This document shows, one piece after another, positions 45,708-61,411 of a stretch of DNA of 64,000 bases. The translations under genes and the position numbers were made by a program. The DNA lies in the NCBI GenBank assembly GCA_012295275.1, contig CM022670.1, positions 41,292,001 to 41,356,000 of the forward strand, in the 5' to 3' direction. The notes below the pieces were generated by a model. It was not told the DNA's origin. It made no database searches and worked only from the letters and a program-made list of their open reading frames with translations. This DNA is from Chrysomallon squamiferum (lineage: Eukaryota > Animalia > Mollusca). The first letter of the stretch is position 1. Every line of letters starts with the position of its first letter.

Positions 45708-47395
45708 AAAGAAAAAGCAAGCAAGTAAACCAAAAAGAAAAATTATTTCATCACAACTCTTACATTATCTTCATTATTATCATTAATATCACCATCAACG
45801 TTATTATCATTATTGCTGCTGCTGCTGCTGCAGTCATTATTTGTTCTACTTTTTGAATGCAGATCTCGAAACACTTTCCTAACACGTATAGTTGTTTATC
45901 ATTAACGAATAACATTACTGATAACGTGATAAGAACAAGCATAAAGAACTCCAGGAATCATTTATCTAATGTCTTGTTAAGAAAAAAACAAAAAAGTCTT
46001 TGAATCCATTATTAATTATTTCAGAACGAGCTGATGAAATAAACTTTTGCTACGTAATCATGGCTTTATTTATAGTATCACACGATGGGAGAAAATGATG
46101 TTTCTCTTTCATCATTAACACATGCGGGCAAAAACAGTCTCTGAGATGATGAAAATACAATTAAAGATAATTTTGCGACTACTCAAGACATCACGATGTG
46201 ATCGCTGCGACCTCTTCAGCTGGCATCTTCAACCGATATCGATTTGCTATGGTTACTGGTGACGTCAGTGCTTCATTCTTGTGAACCCGAATGAAAATCT
46301 TTTTTTTTTTTTTTTTTTTTGTTACTAATATTTCAAGTCCTGACTGGTCACCTGGTTTCTCTTTATTTTCTTTCTTCCTCGTAGTGAAGTAAAAAAAAAA
46401 AAAAAAAAACATGGAAGAAAAATGAAAGTATAACCGCCATGTTTTCTTCTATTTGAGTGTGTGTTTTACAGTTTTTTAACTGTTTTCCCTACAAACCACC
46501 TGCATCTATCATGTCAAGTTTTGTTTTTAAAATATTGTTTACGGAGACGAGAATATCAGTTAATTACTAAACTGACTCGCGAACTAAATTTCTAATTGTA
46601 GCCACTTTTAGAGTCCAGTGTAGTAAATGGAACAATGCATAGAAATATAAAATATAAAATGCAGGGAGAGAGAGAGAGAGGGAGATACAGATAGAGATAA
46701 TACATACATTTGTATTTATTCGTGTGTACATATGTAGATAGATAGATACATACATACATATATACATATACATACATACATATATACATACATAGATACA
46801 TAGATACATAGATACATAAATACACGCATATATACATACATACATACATACATACAAGTATGCATGCATGAATACATACATACATACACCTATGCATGCA
46901 TGAATACATACATACATACATACATACATACATAAATACATGCATACACAAACAAGTATAAAAAAATAAAGATGAAAAACAGACAGACAGACAAGCGGAA
47001 TGACATACAAGAATAAGCTGCTTACATCGTTGTGCTATAATTATCTACACGAAACGAATACTTGAACAATAATTACATAACTAACTCCTCCTTGCTGCTT
47101 GTTCTTGGTTAAATTCCGTGTACGCGAGTGTTTTCCAGAACTACGTCGATTGTGCTATAATTATCGTCTTAAGATGCTGCCGTGGTCGTTTATTGCTTGT
47201 TGCTGTCGTAATCGCGTATCTGTGAAGAGAAACATCTAACTGGCGTAACACAGAAAAGTGCTATGAATCCGATACCGTCAGAAAAAATTAATAGATAATT
47301 TTTGTTCATTTTAAAAAAAAAAAAAACATTTATTACTTGCTTTTCCTAATAATTATAAGTTATTGTTGTTGTTGTCGCTCTTGTTGTTATTGTTG

Positions 47396-47442
<47 letters not shown>

Positions 47443-48239
47443 GTTATTATTATTGTTACTGTTATTATTGTGATAATATTAAAAGCAGTAATCATACAAT
47501 AATGAAGATGGTGATGGTGATGTTGATATCGATAATATGTCACAACAGAGATGATGGTGTTGTTTGATGAAAAGTGATGATGACTGTAATATAGATGATG
47601 ATTATGACTGTTGTTGCTGTAGTGATTATTCTAATAACTTGGCGGTGATCATTTTGATACTAATGATGATGGTACCGATAAATTATGTTGTGGTGGAGAT
47701 GAAATAGTGACGATGACGATGACGATGACGGTGCTAATAAAATAAAAACTTGGTATACGAAGCCATCATCACCTCGATCATATCAAAAGATAAAAATATT
47801 ATTAAAAGACATACATCAACTAGATGAAAAAGATGAATAAGAAATTTAACCTGTAATTAACCATTATTTTAATACCATGCAAACCGATAATCCATTAAAC
47901 AGTAATAAAACCGGTGTAGATGTGTAGATAAATCGCTAAAAATAAGTATCAATTAATCCGCTACAAGCCGTCGTATTCTTTCAAGTTAAATTTAACACTA
48001 TTACGTTACCAACGTGAAACCAAAGTAGTGTTTAAGGCGTTACAAACTGGTAATGTATCAGTGTTTTTAACCACAGGTGTAGACTGATATATTACGTGGC
48101 TAAACACGTTATCGGGAGTACAGACGTTTCCATTATTCAGTTGATTCACTTCATAATTAATCGGTTCACTGACATTTTTATTGCTGAAGACTGAGGGAAG
48201 GAAGAAAGAGGAAACGAAATACGTAGGTTATAGTGTCTG

Positions 48240-48374
48240 TGTGTGTGTGTGTGTGTTTGTGTGTGTATTTGTGTCTGTGAATGTTGTGATTGTGTCAGTA
48301 TGTACCAGTATATGTGTGTGTGTTTGTGTGTGTATTTGTGTCTGTGAATGTTGTGATTGTGTCAGTATGTACCA

Positions 48375-48406
<32 letters not shown>

Positions 48407-48640
48407 ATTTGTGTCTGTGAATGTTGTGATTGTGTCAGTATGTACCAGTATATGTGTGTGTGTGTGTGTGTGTATTTGTGTCTGTGAATGTTGTGATTGT
48501 GTCAGTATGTACCAGTATATGTGTGTGTGTTTGTGTGTGTATGTGTGTCTGTGAATGTTGTGATTGTGTCAGTATGTACCAGTATATGTGTGTGTGTGTG
48601 TGTGTGTGTCTGTGAATGTTGTGATTGTGTGTATGTACCA

Positions 48641-48681
<41 letters not shown>

Positions 48682-48750
48682 TTGTGATTGTGTCAGTATG
48701 TACCAGTATATGTGCGTACGTGTGCCAGCTGTGTGTGCGTGTGTGTGTGA
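48240..48750. repeat. ~65-bp compound minisatellite: GTGAATGTTGTGATTGTGTCAGTATGTACCAGTATA plus variable (TG)n, 7 copies
   Basis: Direct inspection. Confidence 0.92.
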
Positions 48751-48836
48751 GAGAGGAGACGAAAAAAAAAGGAAGTAAAGGGTACAAAAATTACCAGAAA
48801 AAAAAAGAGAAAAAGCCACACATAGCTATAAATTAC

Positions 48837-48869
<33 letters not shown>

Positions 48870-50231
48870 TGTTTGCATGGTAAATGTGAATCATCAATGA
48901 AAAAAAAAAAAAAAAATCAACGTTTATCTCTTTAATAATGACGTTTCATTGCAACTGATAAGGGTTAATCACGTGACACTAGAATGGCGGGCTTTACACG
49001 TATTTCACTATGTACTTGTAATTAGACTGAACGCGAGGAGTGTGTTCTGGCGCTGTTTCACAGTGATAACGGTGTTATTGGACCAAGAGGATGTAAATTA
49101 GACTAAGACATATTTATGTGTAACAGAAGTTAACCTGTTTAATTAACATGTTTTTCTTCCTTGGCAAGCTTCATCCAGCTTTACTTGTTTTGTGTTTCTG
49201 TTTGATTATCGAGTCACGTGCGCCTTTCATTTAACAATTAACTACGTACTGCAGATACCGACACCTGCTTTTCAACATATCACCTTACATACAGCAGTGT
49301 TGTAGCTTTTTTACAGGGTTTTTTTTTTTTTCATCATCATATTTCTTATTCTTGTTATTATCACTTGGTTAGTTAACATCATGATCAACATCAAAATTTA
49401 TTATTAATTATTATTACTACTATTAATTAATCATTATCACCAACATTATTTCTATTGCTATCGTTATTTCTGATTTGATTTAAAACGCAATTTGTGTCTG
49501 TATGGATGGATGGATCGATGGATGCATGAATGTCTATGCTGATGTGAGTCACTGTGTGTGTGTGTGTATACATATATGTATGTGTGTGTGTATATATATA
49601 TACACACACATGTATGTATACACACATATGTTTATATATATATCTTTGTATGGTTGTATGCATGTATGTATGTATAAATGTATGTATTATATTTCAATTT
49701 GTTCGTGTTTTTTTATGTAAATATTAAGGGCGAGAACAAAAATTAACAGAAAAAAACTACAAAATTAAAACAGAAAGAAAGCAAAACAAAAAGGAAACAA
49801 AATTAATTTAATAAAACAGCAGATAAAACTCATAAAAGACATAAGGAGCGGAGCACAGAGAGACAAATAAAAACACACACAGGATCAGGACTGATTTTCT
49901 GTGTGCTGTCACGTGTTTATCATCATTACCAAACTGACAGGTCATCTCATATTTATAATATGATCCTACTGCTTCTGAGATTATTATTACCACAAATATC
50001 AGTGCAATGAGGGTAAAGAAAACGTTCTTGTTTTCGTATTCACTCTCTGGTAGAGGATCTTGAAACGCAAAGTCGTCCGTTTCACTCGAAGCAAAGGAGT
50101 GACTCGTTTTAGCAGCACCAGGAGAACAAGCTAGAGTCTGCGTCCGCGGACAATCTGTAGAAGACTGTCCGTCCTCAGAAATACTCTGAAAGTCTACTGA
50201 AAGTGAGAATAGAACTAAATAGTTGTGTTCA

Positions 50232-50498
<267 letters not shown>

Positions 50499-50925
50499 AA
50501 CAGTAAAACAATATATTTATATGTACCATTGTAATGCTTGGTCCGATTCTCCCAGTAAAGCTTCAAGTTATTGAAGTTTCTATAACAACTATCCATTTTA
50601 GTTCTGGAATATTTGTTTTTAAAAAGTATTAAATATATAATACTTCGTAGGCAGCTAGTGTCGCGCGCTATTAGTTTTCGAAGGCGATCAATAAATGAAT
50701 GACGTCACAAACGTTACGTTAGAAACACTCGAGTACTAACGAAATTAAGTCTGGCGTTCTTGTACTTCGGATTTCCGAAGATTTCCGATTTTGGAATGAC
50801 CCTTTGCGGAAGGGCGTGCACACATCATCCTGACCTTTCATTTTTACTCTTTCAAACGTGAAAATAAATTTAATAAATTAGAATTTAAATTAGAAAATGA
50901 ATAAATAAATAAATATTTTCATCAT

Positions 50926-50998
<73 letters not shown>

Positions 50999-51006
50999 CC
51001 CTCCCT

Positions 51007-51061
<55 letters not shown>

Positions 51062-52224
51062 TTAGATGTTGAAAAGATGACTTACCATGTAAATATATAT
51101 ATATTTATATATTAATTAGCAAAACGATAACAACAAAACACTAATAATAACAACAACAACAACAATAATAATAATAATAAATTAAAAAAAAAAGAAAATT
51201 TAACTTATTTTATTAATTTTTATATTTTGGACGCGTGAAAGTCTATTGTGATAAAAGTGCTATTCTCTGCATCGATAGCTTAAACTGGCAGACGAAAATC
51301 TGGTACGTTAATTCTTAATTTAGAAACCCGGAAATTGATGAGTTAATTCTTTGACACTCGTCTGACACATTACAAGTTTTTCTTTCTTTTGTCTGCGTGT
51401 CAGTGTACCCGGGTGCCCTACCCTGTCACGGGCATACCGTTGGGTGTGGGGGGAGAAGAGAGGTTATTAAGTACGAAGCAGACGATTGAAGAAAGGATTG
51501 GTTGAAAGCAAACAAAAAACAATTAAATGTTCTTTCTACACTTTAATATTGATTTTGTGATGAACAGTGGTATAAATGGTAAAAAGTATTAAGACCAGCA
51601 GACAATCTAAAGGGTTATTTCGGACCCACCTGGTCTTCATCTTTCGAGGGGATAGGTTTCATTACACTTTTGAATAATGTCTCGTTTTATTTTTAAAAAT
51701 AAAAATTAATTACCTGATTGTACATACGTAACACAGAATCAGAGTTTGTTTAAACAAAATGACAATTAAGGGCCCCATGAAAGTTGACCCGTATTTCGAA
51801 TTCTCTTCAAGTTCGCTATAATTAAAGAATTAAATGAAATTCACGCTGACATGTTGCTTGATACAAACTAATCTTAACAAAAATAGTCAGAGCGGCCGAT
51901 AATCAGATTTCTATTGTAAATTGAAGTTTTATTGGTTCGTAATGTCGCTTCCTCGGGATAGTACGCAGACCATGACGGCATTGTTTCTGAATTGTTAGAA
52001 CTTTTCAAGAAAAGTGATTTTTTAGATGTTAGAAAACTACGTCACTGTTTTAAAAATAAACATGTTTCCTTTGAAACATAGCTAACTTTAACTCATACAT
52101 GTATAGAATTTAAAAAATCGCTGGAGAAAAGAATCATACAAAAATCTACATACATACAAACGTATAGTTATAAAGACACATTATTTTAGTATTGTTGTTA
52201 TTGTTATATGTCTAAAATAAATGA

Positions 52225-52255
<31 letters not shown>

Positions 52256-52772
52256 GATAAAAAAATACATATTAAAAAAAAAATAAAAAATAAAAAGAAG
52301 AAGAAGCAAAATGAATTAAGCCAAATAGCGCATTTTAAAATTTTTATTATTTTGGTGTTTTTTTTAACTATAAATATTTGGGGATAAAAGAAAAATTGAA
52401 ATAATACTGATAAAAAAGGCAAACTGAATTAGGCCTAATGGATTTGCATTCTTAACAAATTATTTTCAACTACAGATCTTTGGAGAATAGAGAAAACAAA
52501 AACGTTATTGATAGACCACATTACCAACTATCCCAGCAGACAGACAGCATTCTGTAGCTGTGTTTGAAAAGAGCAGATCGCAGTGTTTTTCTACAAACAT
52601 GTTATTTCAAAGTTCACGTCTGTTCAGTTAATGGTATCTTCTCGACCAGGGCTCCTCAATGGCGGAAAACAGATACATACAAAATTCACGTGGGATGTCG
52701 CAGTTTAGCAACGTCATTGGCAACACGCACCCGACACATATATAAGCTGAGAAATTTTATTTTATCTATCTA

Positions 52773-52804
<32 letters not shown>

Positions 52805-53105
52805 TATATCTGTCTATCTATCTATCTATCTGTCTGTCTATTACCTATTTATTTACTTATTTATTTATTTATTGCTTTCTGAAACATTGAACTTACTTCG
52901 TTTTAAACATTCCAAAATCAGGAAGAATTAAATATTTTATATCTAAAAATACTTTTGTTTAATTATAAGTATGTTAACGTTATTATCGTAATCTTTACTC
53001 AGTAAATAAGAGGTTTTATAAATTTACTTCGGTCGGACCCATAACACGCTTCAAAATCAACACACTACCAAGTAATTTTAAATCAGTCATTTAAAGCTGT
53101 GAAAC

Positions 53106-53183
<78 letters not shown>

Positions 53184-56100
53184 TTAAGAAAATAAAAACA
53201 CGACTATTTTGTTGTATTCTCACTTTCAGTAGACTTTCAGTAGACTTTCAGTAGACTTTCAGAGTATTTCTGAGGACGGAGAAGATGATGATGATAAATA
53301 TCTTTAATTTTGAAACTTTTAGACCATGAAGAGTCACATATTTTTCTGTTGCTGAAATACAGTTTAGAGATTCGTATTTTAACGTGTAAAGGGTTTAATA
53401 TCGTACAGCTAATAAATATTTAAAATTTTATTTATTTGTAATTAATTTGAGGCTTTATGAATACTTGTCTTTTTCTTCTTCTTCTTCGTCATCATATACT
53501 TATTTTTCCTTTTAATCATTATTAGAATCAGTGACATTATCATCATCTTCCTCTTCTTAATCACCATTTATCATTATCTTCATCATCACCACTTATCTTC
53601 TGTTTGTGAATTTTGAGACTGAGGGGTCAAACACATTTTTATTCTCGTCTGCCTGTAACCAGATGTTGTTAGCACCTCGTGCAAGCAGCACTGACTGCTC
53701 GTACGTCGGCATGGCATGTTAAGCAACAAATAAACTCACATTTAAATTATTAGCCAAACAGTTTAATGAAAACTGACAACTTCAGTTAGTGTATGAAACA
53801 CAGATGGGCTTGTTTAGAAGTACACGCGCGGTTGTTCAAATCGAACAGCCGACTGTAGTCAATTTTCTTTTGTACGAGAGGGAAATGTATGTACTTGTCC
53901 TTCAGTTACAAGTATTTTTTAATTTTGATTTCTATGGTTGATTTTGGGGTTTCAGGACCAGTCGTTCTCGATCCGTCAGAAACGACCCTTTGCAATAATT
54001 CCCGTTCCAATTACTCCCACAGGAATGGCTTATAAACGACCATGGCAGCTTTCTCGACTAAAGGGAAGGTCCATATAAAATATACATTTCTGCTAAAATA
54101 TAAGTGTGAACTTAAGGTTTGGCGTTAGGTGGCAACCTCTCGCATATTCACAATAAACAAATTATAACTGTTAGTAATAAAACAAACAGTAGTTCATCAC
54201 TCGTCTTTTATTATGATTAAGCTAGAAGACTGGAGTCGTACCAAGGTTAAATCGTTTTACAGTTTACAAAAAACCTGCTGTCAGTGAACTGAATGAACGT
54301 GGAGCGGGTTACAGAGTTTAGTACAGAGTACCAAAACGTCTTCGGCGGAATATTCAGCCAATTATCCACTAACGATGTCGATAAGTGGTTTCGTTTTGAA
54401 CAAATTTCTTGATAGCGAAATGAAACCTCAGTCTTACAGTGTGGTTATCCAGCCAACTCTGTTTCTTCATACACTGGAAACGTAGAAGAAGAAGAAATAC
54501 GCGAAGATGAAATCAGCTCTACGACTTGCACGATGTTACATGCATCGTTCCTTTGATGACCACAGATAAAGATGCTGATATTTCTTAAACACATATATAT
54601 AGGCGCGTATCTAGTGATATCAAAATGTATGAAGCTCCCTCTTCTGGCGAGGACTTTCGGATTTTTGTTTTATTTCTTATTTTAATTATTAAATGGTCTT
54701 ATGCTGTCTTCGTAAATATAATTATACAGAGTGGTGGATTTACACTTTGTGAACCTCTAACTATGCACAGCTTGGAGAGATCTTGTTAAATGTGCTTTAT
54801 TTACCAAAATATTTACACTGAATTTGATACTGTAAGCCTAATCACTTGTTAGTTCCCTGCGGATTAGGTGGTCTACGCTGTAGTTTGTTTACGTTTCTGG
54901 TAAATCCGGTACAAGTACGGTTACCTGGGTATAGAGAAACATAATTCCGATGTCTTCTTTTTACACAGGTAACCAACCTGCCAGCAGTTAGGGCTGCTTA
55001 CCCTCATTTCAAAAAAGCACATCGTCAATTTTTCATTCCAGAGATGTAAGTTGAATTCTGTATTAATTTACTTAAACCTGAGATGTGTGGGAGACTATGT
55101 TTTATCATAATTAAATTGTGTTAGTACAAGAAATAACGATTTAAAAAAACCCCGGCTTTCCGAGATTGCTGTAGTGCATCAATTATGTTCGGACGAAACT
55201 GTTTATCGTCTGCAAAACGATATCTACACAAAACATGAAATATTTTAATAAAATTCACAACAAAACAGTTATGCATTAGATTAAATCAACCAGTCACTTA
55301 CACCCACTTTAATTAATTTTTTTTATGAACAATGACTGCGATGTTTTCCTTTATAGCTCAAACATCTCTCTTCATCGGAACGTTGCCATCCCCTTTCATG
55401 TCAAGATATTAATAACGTAATATCGCCAGCCATAAACAAAAATACACAATTACAAGAGCCGGGGTTGTAACCTGGGCTACGTCTCTCAGCGTGGTTCTTA
55501 GTGTGTGAGGTGTGTATATTTGGGTTATCGAAGCAGAAGATTTCAGCTCTGATTTTGGTGTTAACTGCAGTGTTCTGCCGAAAGGCGTAGCTGAAATGTC
55601 TTCAGGTATGTATTCTATCGCGCTCGCGTTTCTCTCAAAATGCCATCTGCAGACGAAGAAGAAACAATTGTAATGTGTTTCACGTGTATCGAGTTTCTAA
55701 CACAAATTTCCAACGCGGGTTCAGAACGGGAACATTGCCTTCAACTTCTCGCTCGTATTTCTTCTTTTAGTTCAGAAAGTTCTCGCTCTGATGGGAAAAG
55801 CAGTTGCATGCTAAAGGTAGGAAGGTGTAAATTAGGAAGTTACTCAGCTGAAAAGCTGTAAAAACCCATAAACGACCTTCAAGCTTTCGAAAATAACAAA
55901 TTATTTCAAAACAGCAGCAGTGTTATACCTTGTGCTAGAAAAACCACAGCGACAACAACAGTAGTGGTGGTTGATGTTTTAGTACGTAAAGAAGTAATAG
56001 TAATTCTGGTGGTAGTTGTAATAGTGACTGAAGCAGTATTAATAACAGCAGTAGAATTAATAGTAGCTGTTGTAGCAGTAGTATCAGTAGCAGCAGCACT

Positions 56101-56220
56101 GGTAGTAAGTAGTAGTAGTGGCGATGGTGACAGCATCAGCAGCAGTAATAATAGCAGTAACTATGACAATGTTTCATCAGTCGTGAAATTTTGACTGGAA
56201 ATAAAAATCAGCTTCATGGA

Positions 56221-56379
56221 ACACACACACACACACACTCACACAGACGCACACACACACACACACAGACACACACACACAGACACACACACACACACAC
56301 ACACACATACACACATCTTTCTGTCTATCAATAATATATATAGATAACCTTATTCGCCCTTGGAAACTTCTTAAAACGC

Positions 56380-56421
<42 letters not shown>

Positions 56422-56596
56422 TCTGTCTGTCTATAATATATATAGATAACCTTATTCGCCCTTGGAAACATCTTAACATGCATTTATATAATTATATATA
56501 TATATATAAATATATATATAATATATATTTATATATATGCATTGGAAACTTTTTCTATGCATTTTTAAAATATTCCAAGGGCGAATAAGGTCATCT
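56221..56596. repeat. (CA)n-linked direct duplication plus inverted copy of a 24-bp motif around a (TA)n core
   Basis: ACCTTATTCGCCCTTGGAA at 56347 and 56449; reverse complement at 56573-56591. Confidence 0.85.
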
Positions 56597-57027
56597 GCGG
56601 GGCCGGTTTTACACGTGTAGATGGATCTATTCAAACTGGGCTCCGCGCATTCGCTCGAAGTTACAAGATTTGAAATAAACTATTAAAACGTTCATTCTGG
56701 CTTTCAGCTGTTAGTAGATGATCGTGGTGGGCCTGGACGTTGTTTGACTCGGACTGCAGGAAGCATGAAACATCGATCTTCAGCTTTAGTAGAACAGAGG
56801 CCCAAGCCAACAATTTTCTAACAGGACCCCACCCTTCCTTGCGTATCCCATGGCGACACTGTACTTATAAATGTATTGTCTTTCAAAAACTATGAACTCT
56901 GCACCGAATAATATGATTTATTAGTTATTAATCTAGTCAGTGATAATGAAGAATTCATTCTAGTAATTATATGAAATATTCTTTTCAAGGATTTTTAATT
57001 CATGATCAGTTGAAAAATGATAAGAAA

Positions 57028-57094
<67 letters not shown>

Positions 57095-57175
57095 CATTTA
57101 GCAATTAAAGAAATGCTGAATTTATGACACCAAGGCAATGTATTATGAGAGAAGAACATCTTGTTGATCACGAAG

Positions 57176-57270
<95 letters not shown>

Positions 57271-57900
57271 TATGATAATAATACAACTGTTGGGCCCATT
57301 ACATCATGTGTGCCATTATTTCAAATATGAATCAAATAATAACAGTCAACAACAACCACGCATTTCTAATGCAGACTTCTACAAAATGGCCTCCAGCTTT
57401 CACCCAGTCTGGCGAGGATCGATGTACAATGACCACAGTTAACACGCGGACACTCGAGAATAAGAAAATCTTTTTTTTCCCTACAAAGGCCAGAAGCTCA
57501 TTTCATCCAACATACAACCAACTGGTCTTTATGGCAGTCTAACCCGTCCAGTTCTCCGATACTCTGTTTATACACGAGTTAGCGAATATCGATTATTTTC
57601 TCTCTGGCAGACGTACTGGTTTGTCGATCGTCTGCTGCAAATCGTAACTTGAACAAATTATGTTGATTTCAACCCAGGTCGGCCTGCTAGTTGTTCGAAC
57701 GCAGATAACACGCGATGTTTGCCCGATCTACACCGCTCTCAATAGCAATCAGTCGAGTCTAGAGAAGCTGTAATGTCATACGAGACAGTTGCAAGTTTAA
57801 TTTAGGAAGGAGCAAAGATTAAGCCAGACGACGAGGAAATTGTGCAAAAACGAATCGATTAGAGAACGACCTCGTGACCAACGTCGTTGGTCGATGATTT

Positions 57901-57961
<61 letters not shown>

Positions 57962-59821
57962 TGATGACGACAACGATATGAATAAATTCAGTTAAATTAA
58001 ATATTTCTTTTGTGTAGAATTTTCTGGAAAAAAGGCATCGAGCCAGTCTAGGATGTTAAGACATTTCTCAGTGAAAGAGACAACGTTACTTTGTAATCAT
58101 TATTGTACTAAATTTAACAAACTCGCGTGTTCTGTCTGCTTTAGATGACTAACATGTAATTAGTCGTTTTATTGTTATTTATATCGATAAGGCTGTCTAC
58201 TGAATTCTTATCTGAAATAGTTTTGGCAGTTAAAAAAACCCTGCAAAAACAAGCAGACGTAAAACTATAATGACAAAAAGATGCAAAGTCAAACAGGCCA
58301 ATGTACACTTTATTTTTTATTTTAATTAATTCGTTTATTTATTTTCAACATAGACACACATATATGTAGCCAAAAACACAGCAATGAATGTTTATTTATT
58401 AAGAAAATATATCAATACATTTTTATATGACGATTATAACGTCAGTGGTATGTTTTTCCGTCCATAGTTTGAACAAATTCAGCGTCACCATACCATAATG
58501 ACTTTTACCGATTATTAATAAGGGGGCTTTATATACACACTTTGAAACTGGCAGGTATATACATACCACGGTGTTTGATACACCAATCATCAGATGCAAA
58601 TTTTGGTGCATATGTTCTTACTTTTCAGACACATGATCTACAGTGAGTTAATGCTCGCTTATCATGGCGTTTCTAATAACAATAAACTTTACAAATAGAT
58701 GTGTATAAACTGCCATTTACAGTACGCTGAAAAAATACCACAGCAGCAGGCAAATAGGTTAGTGGTAAATACATTGTGTGTACCGAGAAAACAATACGTC
58801 ATATGTGACGTCAGTATTTGATGATGTTTGAGATATAATGCCAGAATGATAGATAGCCTTGCCAGGTTTCAGTATTTATGTTGTGAAATTATTTTATCTG
58901 TATGTTTTTTCCCTGAAACAACTTTGTCTTTACGGTACATCTAGCAAGAGGCTAAAGCAGAGCTGCACACAAATAAGTCAGATTACACGAGATATTAGGA
59001 ACGATTAATTAGCGAAGATAAAAGTGTTTCATTGACAGTATCTGCACGTGCTCTGATCTGTTTGATCCGCTGAAAAATATCATCAGGCGAGAACTCAGCA
59101 GATCCCCGGAAGAAAATGCCGGATCAAATTGCGACTGACAGAACCGATACTATCTGCACTGGTATGTTCGTTAAATTCCGGGAAACACGACCAAGTACAA
59201 GCTATCTGTTACGTTTCCTCACATGATGAACACACTGTGTACCAGGTACCAGTCAATCAGGGCGTCTCATAACGAACATAAATAAACTGCCACACTTCCT
59301 CTGTCGACACCAAGCAGCTAGTAGATATACGACCCCTTTCATGTTTACTAAATGAGTGTAGCTGACAATAATAACCTGGAATTTGGGTAGATCGTCTTTG
59401 TTTTTTCTATCTCACTGTCTATCTGTCTGTCTATCTGTCTTATTTTTATCTATTTATCTTAGCTTTATTCCTTTACATTACCTTTTCATTTCCATTTTTA
59501 CGAATGTTACTTTTCTTTCTTTTTTTTTCATCCTTCTTTCTATTCTTGTTTTCCTTACTGTCCTTACTTTTAGAATTCTGTTTTTTGCTTCTTCTTTTTC
59601 TTTCATTTTCCATACGGTGTTGTTTTTTTTTTTTTTTTTTTTTTTCCCGGAAAAAGCAAGAAAGAAAGAAAATGTTAATTCTTACCTGTTTATTTAATTT
59701 TTTATTTTGTTGTTCTTTCTCTCCTTGCCAATTACGTTGCATTAACTCTGCTATGAAAACAATTATTCTCTTACAAATAATAATTCTATGCTGTTGTTTC
59801 TTTTCATGTTTATATTTCTAC

Positions 59822-59881
<60 letters not shown>

Positions 59882-60919
59882 TATTATTTTTTCTTTTTTT
59901 TTTTTTTTTTTTATGGACTGGAATTGGACAGGAAAATCACATAATTATAGAGGCAATTATTTAGGAATTTTTATGTGTATGTGTGTGTGTGTTCATGTTC
60001 GTGTGTGACAGAAAGAGAAAAAAAAAAAGAGAGAGAAAAGATAATGTTTAAAGCTGACAAAAGCATTATATTAATTATTTATAATACTTCTAATGGAGAT
60101 GACGTTTTGACTTTACAGGAAATTTTACACAAATTCCAGTCATAACACACTGTGTAATTTTACTTGTAAAGAAATTTCAGGAAATATTACTGTTTTTAAA
60201 ATAAATAAATAAATAAATAAATTTAAAAAAACAGATGGTTGTTCGGACGTAGTGACCGACAGATGAAGTTTCACGCTCATACATAAACACGTCATCAACG
60301 TGATATGAATTTGTCATCAATCTGCTTCGACGTCATTACTTGCAGCTTTTCATCACCTCTTAACTCGAAGTCTGCATAACTCGAAGTTTTGTCATACAGG
60401 GTATCATTGCTACCGAATATTTCTCTATTGTTAATTAGCAGCTGAAAATACAACAGTTGATATTCTGATATAAATTAAAATTTAAGGGACAGAAAAAAAC
60501 ACCAAAAAAAACCAAACCCATCTAACAGAATAAAAGAATAAAAAGTACGAAGGGAAAAAGAAACAATAAAAACAAATAATAATTAATTATGAAAACGATT
60601 TTTATTCACATTTAGTACATAAATTAAGTATATATGTGCACGTAAGTACTTATATATTTGTGTGCGTGTGTGTGTGTGTCTCTCTCTCTCTCTGTCTCTT
60701 TCTCTCTCTCTATATATATATATACATATATATATATCTGTGTCTGTATGTATGCATGTATGTATTTATGTACATATGCATTTATCTATATATATGTGTG
60801 TGTGTGTGTGTTTACACATATTATATATATATTCTTTATAGAATTAATAAATAACACTATATAACTGTAAACTCAAATATAAAAAGCAATCAAGTTAAAA
60901 ACCCACCATCCAAAGAACT

Positions 60920-60987
<68 letters not shown>

Positions 60988-61379
60988 AGAATAACAATAA
61001 TATAATGTAAAAATAGTATAACTGTTGCACGTAGGAAAACGGATCCCGAAATTCACATTTCCTCAGACAAATGTTTCAGCTCTAACCAGTCAGCTGCCAC
61101 AGAAGGTTTAAGTACGCGTGTACAGGTACAGTACAGAAAACGCGGGCTAATCGTCTTGTGCTTATTATTTCTGTTGATTTTCGCGAGCAGAGAATAACGC
61201 TGAGCCTTGGCGTAAACCAGATTCTGACAGCAGCTGTGGAAACATATCTGAAAGATAGCAGACGATAAGTAACAGTGAGCTGTGTTTTATTACACAATCA
61301 ACAGCCTAGCTGTGTGTTCCTCCACAACACTTTTACCAGTCACTCTTTATCACCGTTTTAACTGTTATTATCAAACTTA

Positions 61380-61411
<32 letters not shown>

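Noticed and set aside
48240-48750. Constant unit separated by variable sequence (CRISPR-like) and Cys-rich ORFs
   Set aside because: The variable parts are just (TG)n length variants; the ORFs are repeat translations.
55400-55861. 73-aa plus-strand ORF and a minus-strand open frame after a CTGCAG acceptor-like site near 55648
   Set aside because: No recognisable family, no partner exons or convincing donor; a blastx search would settle it.
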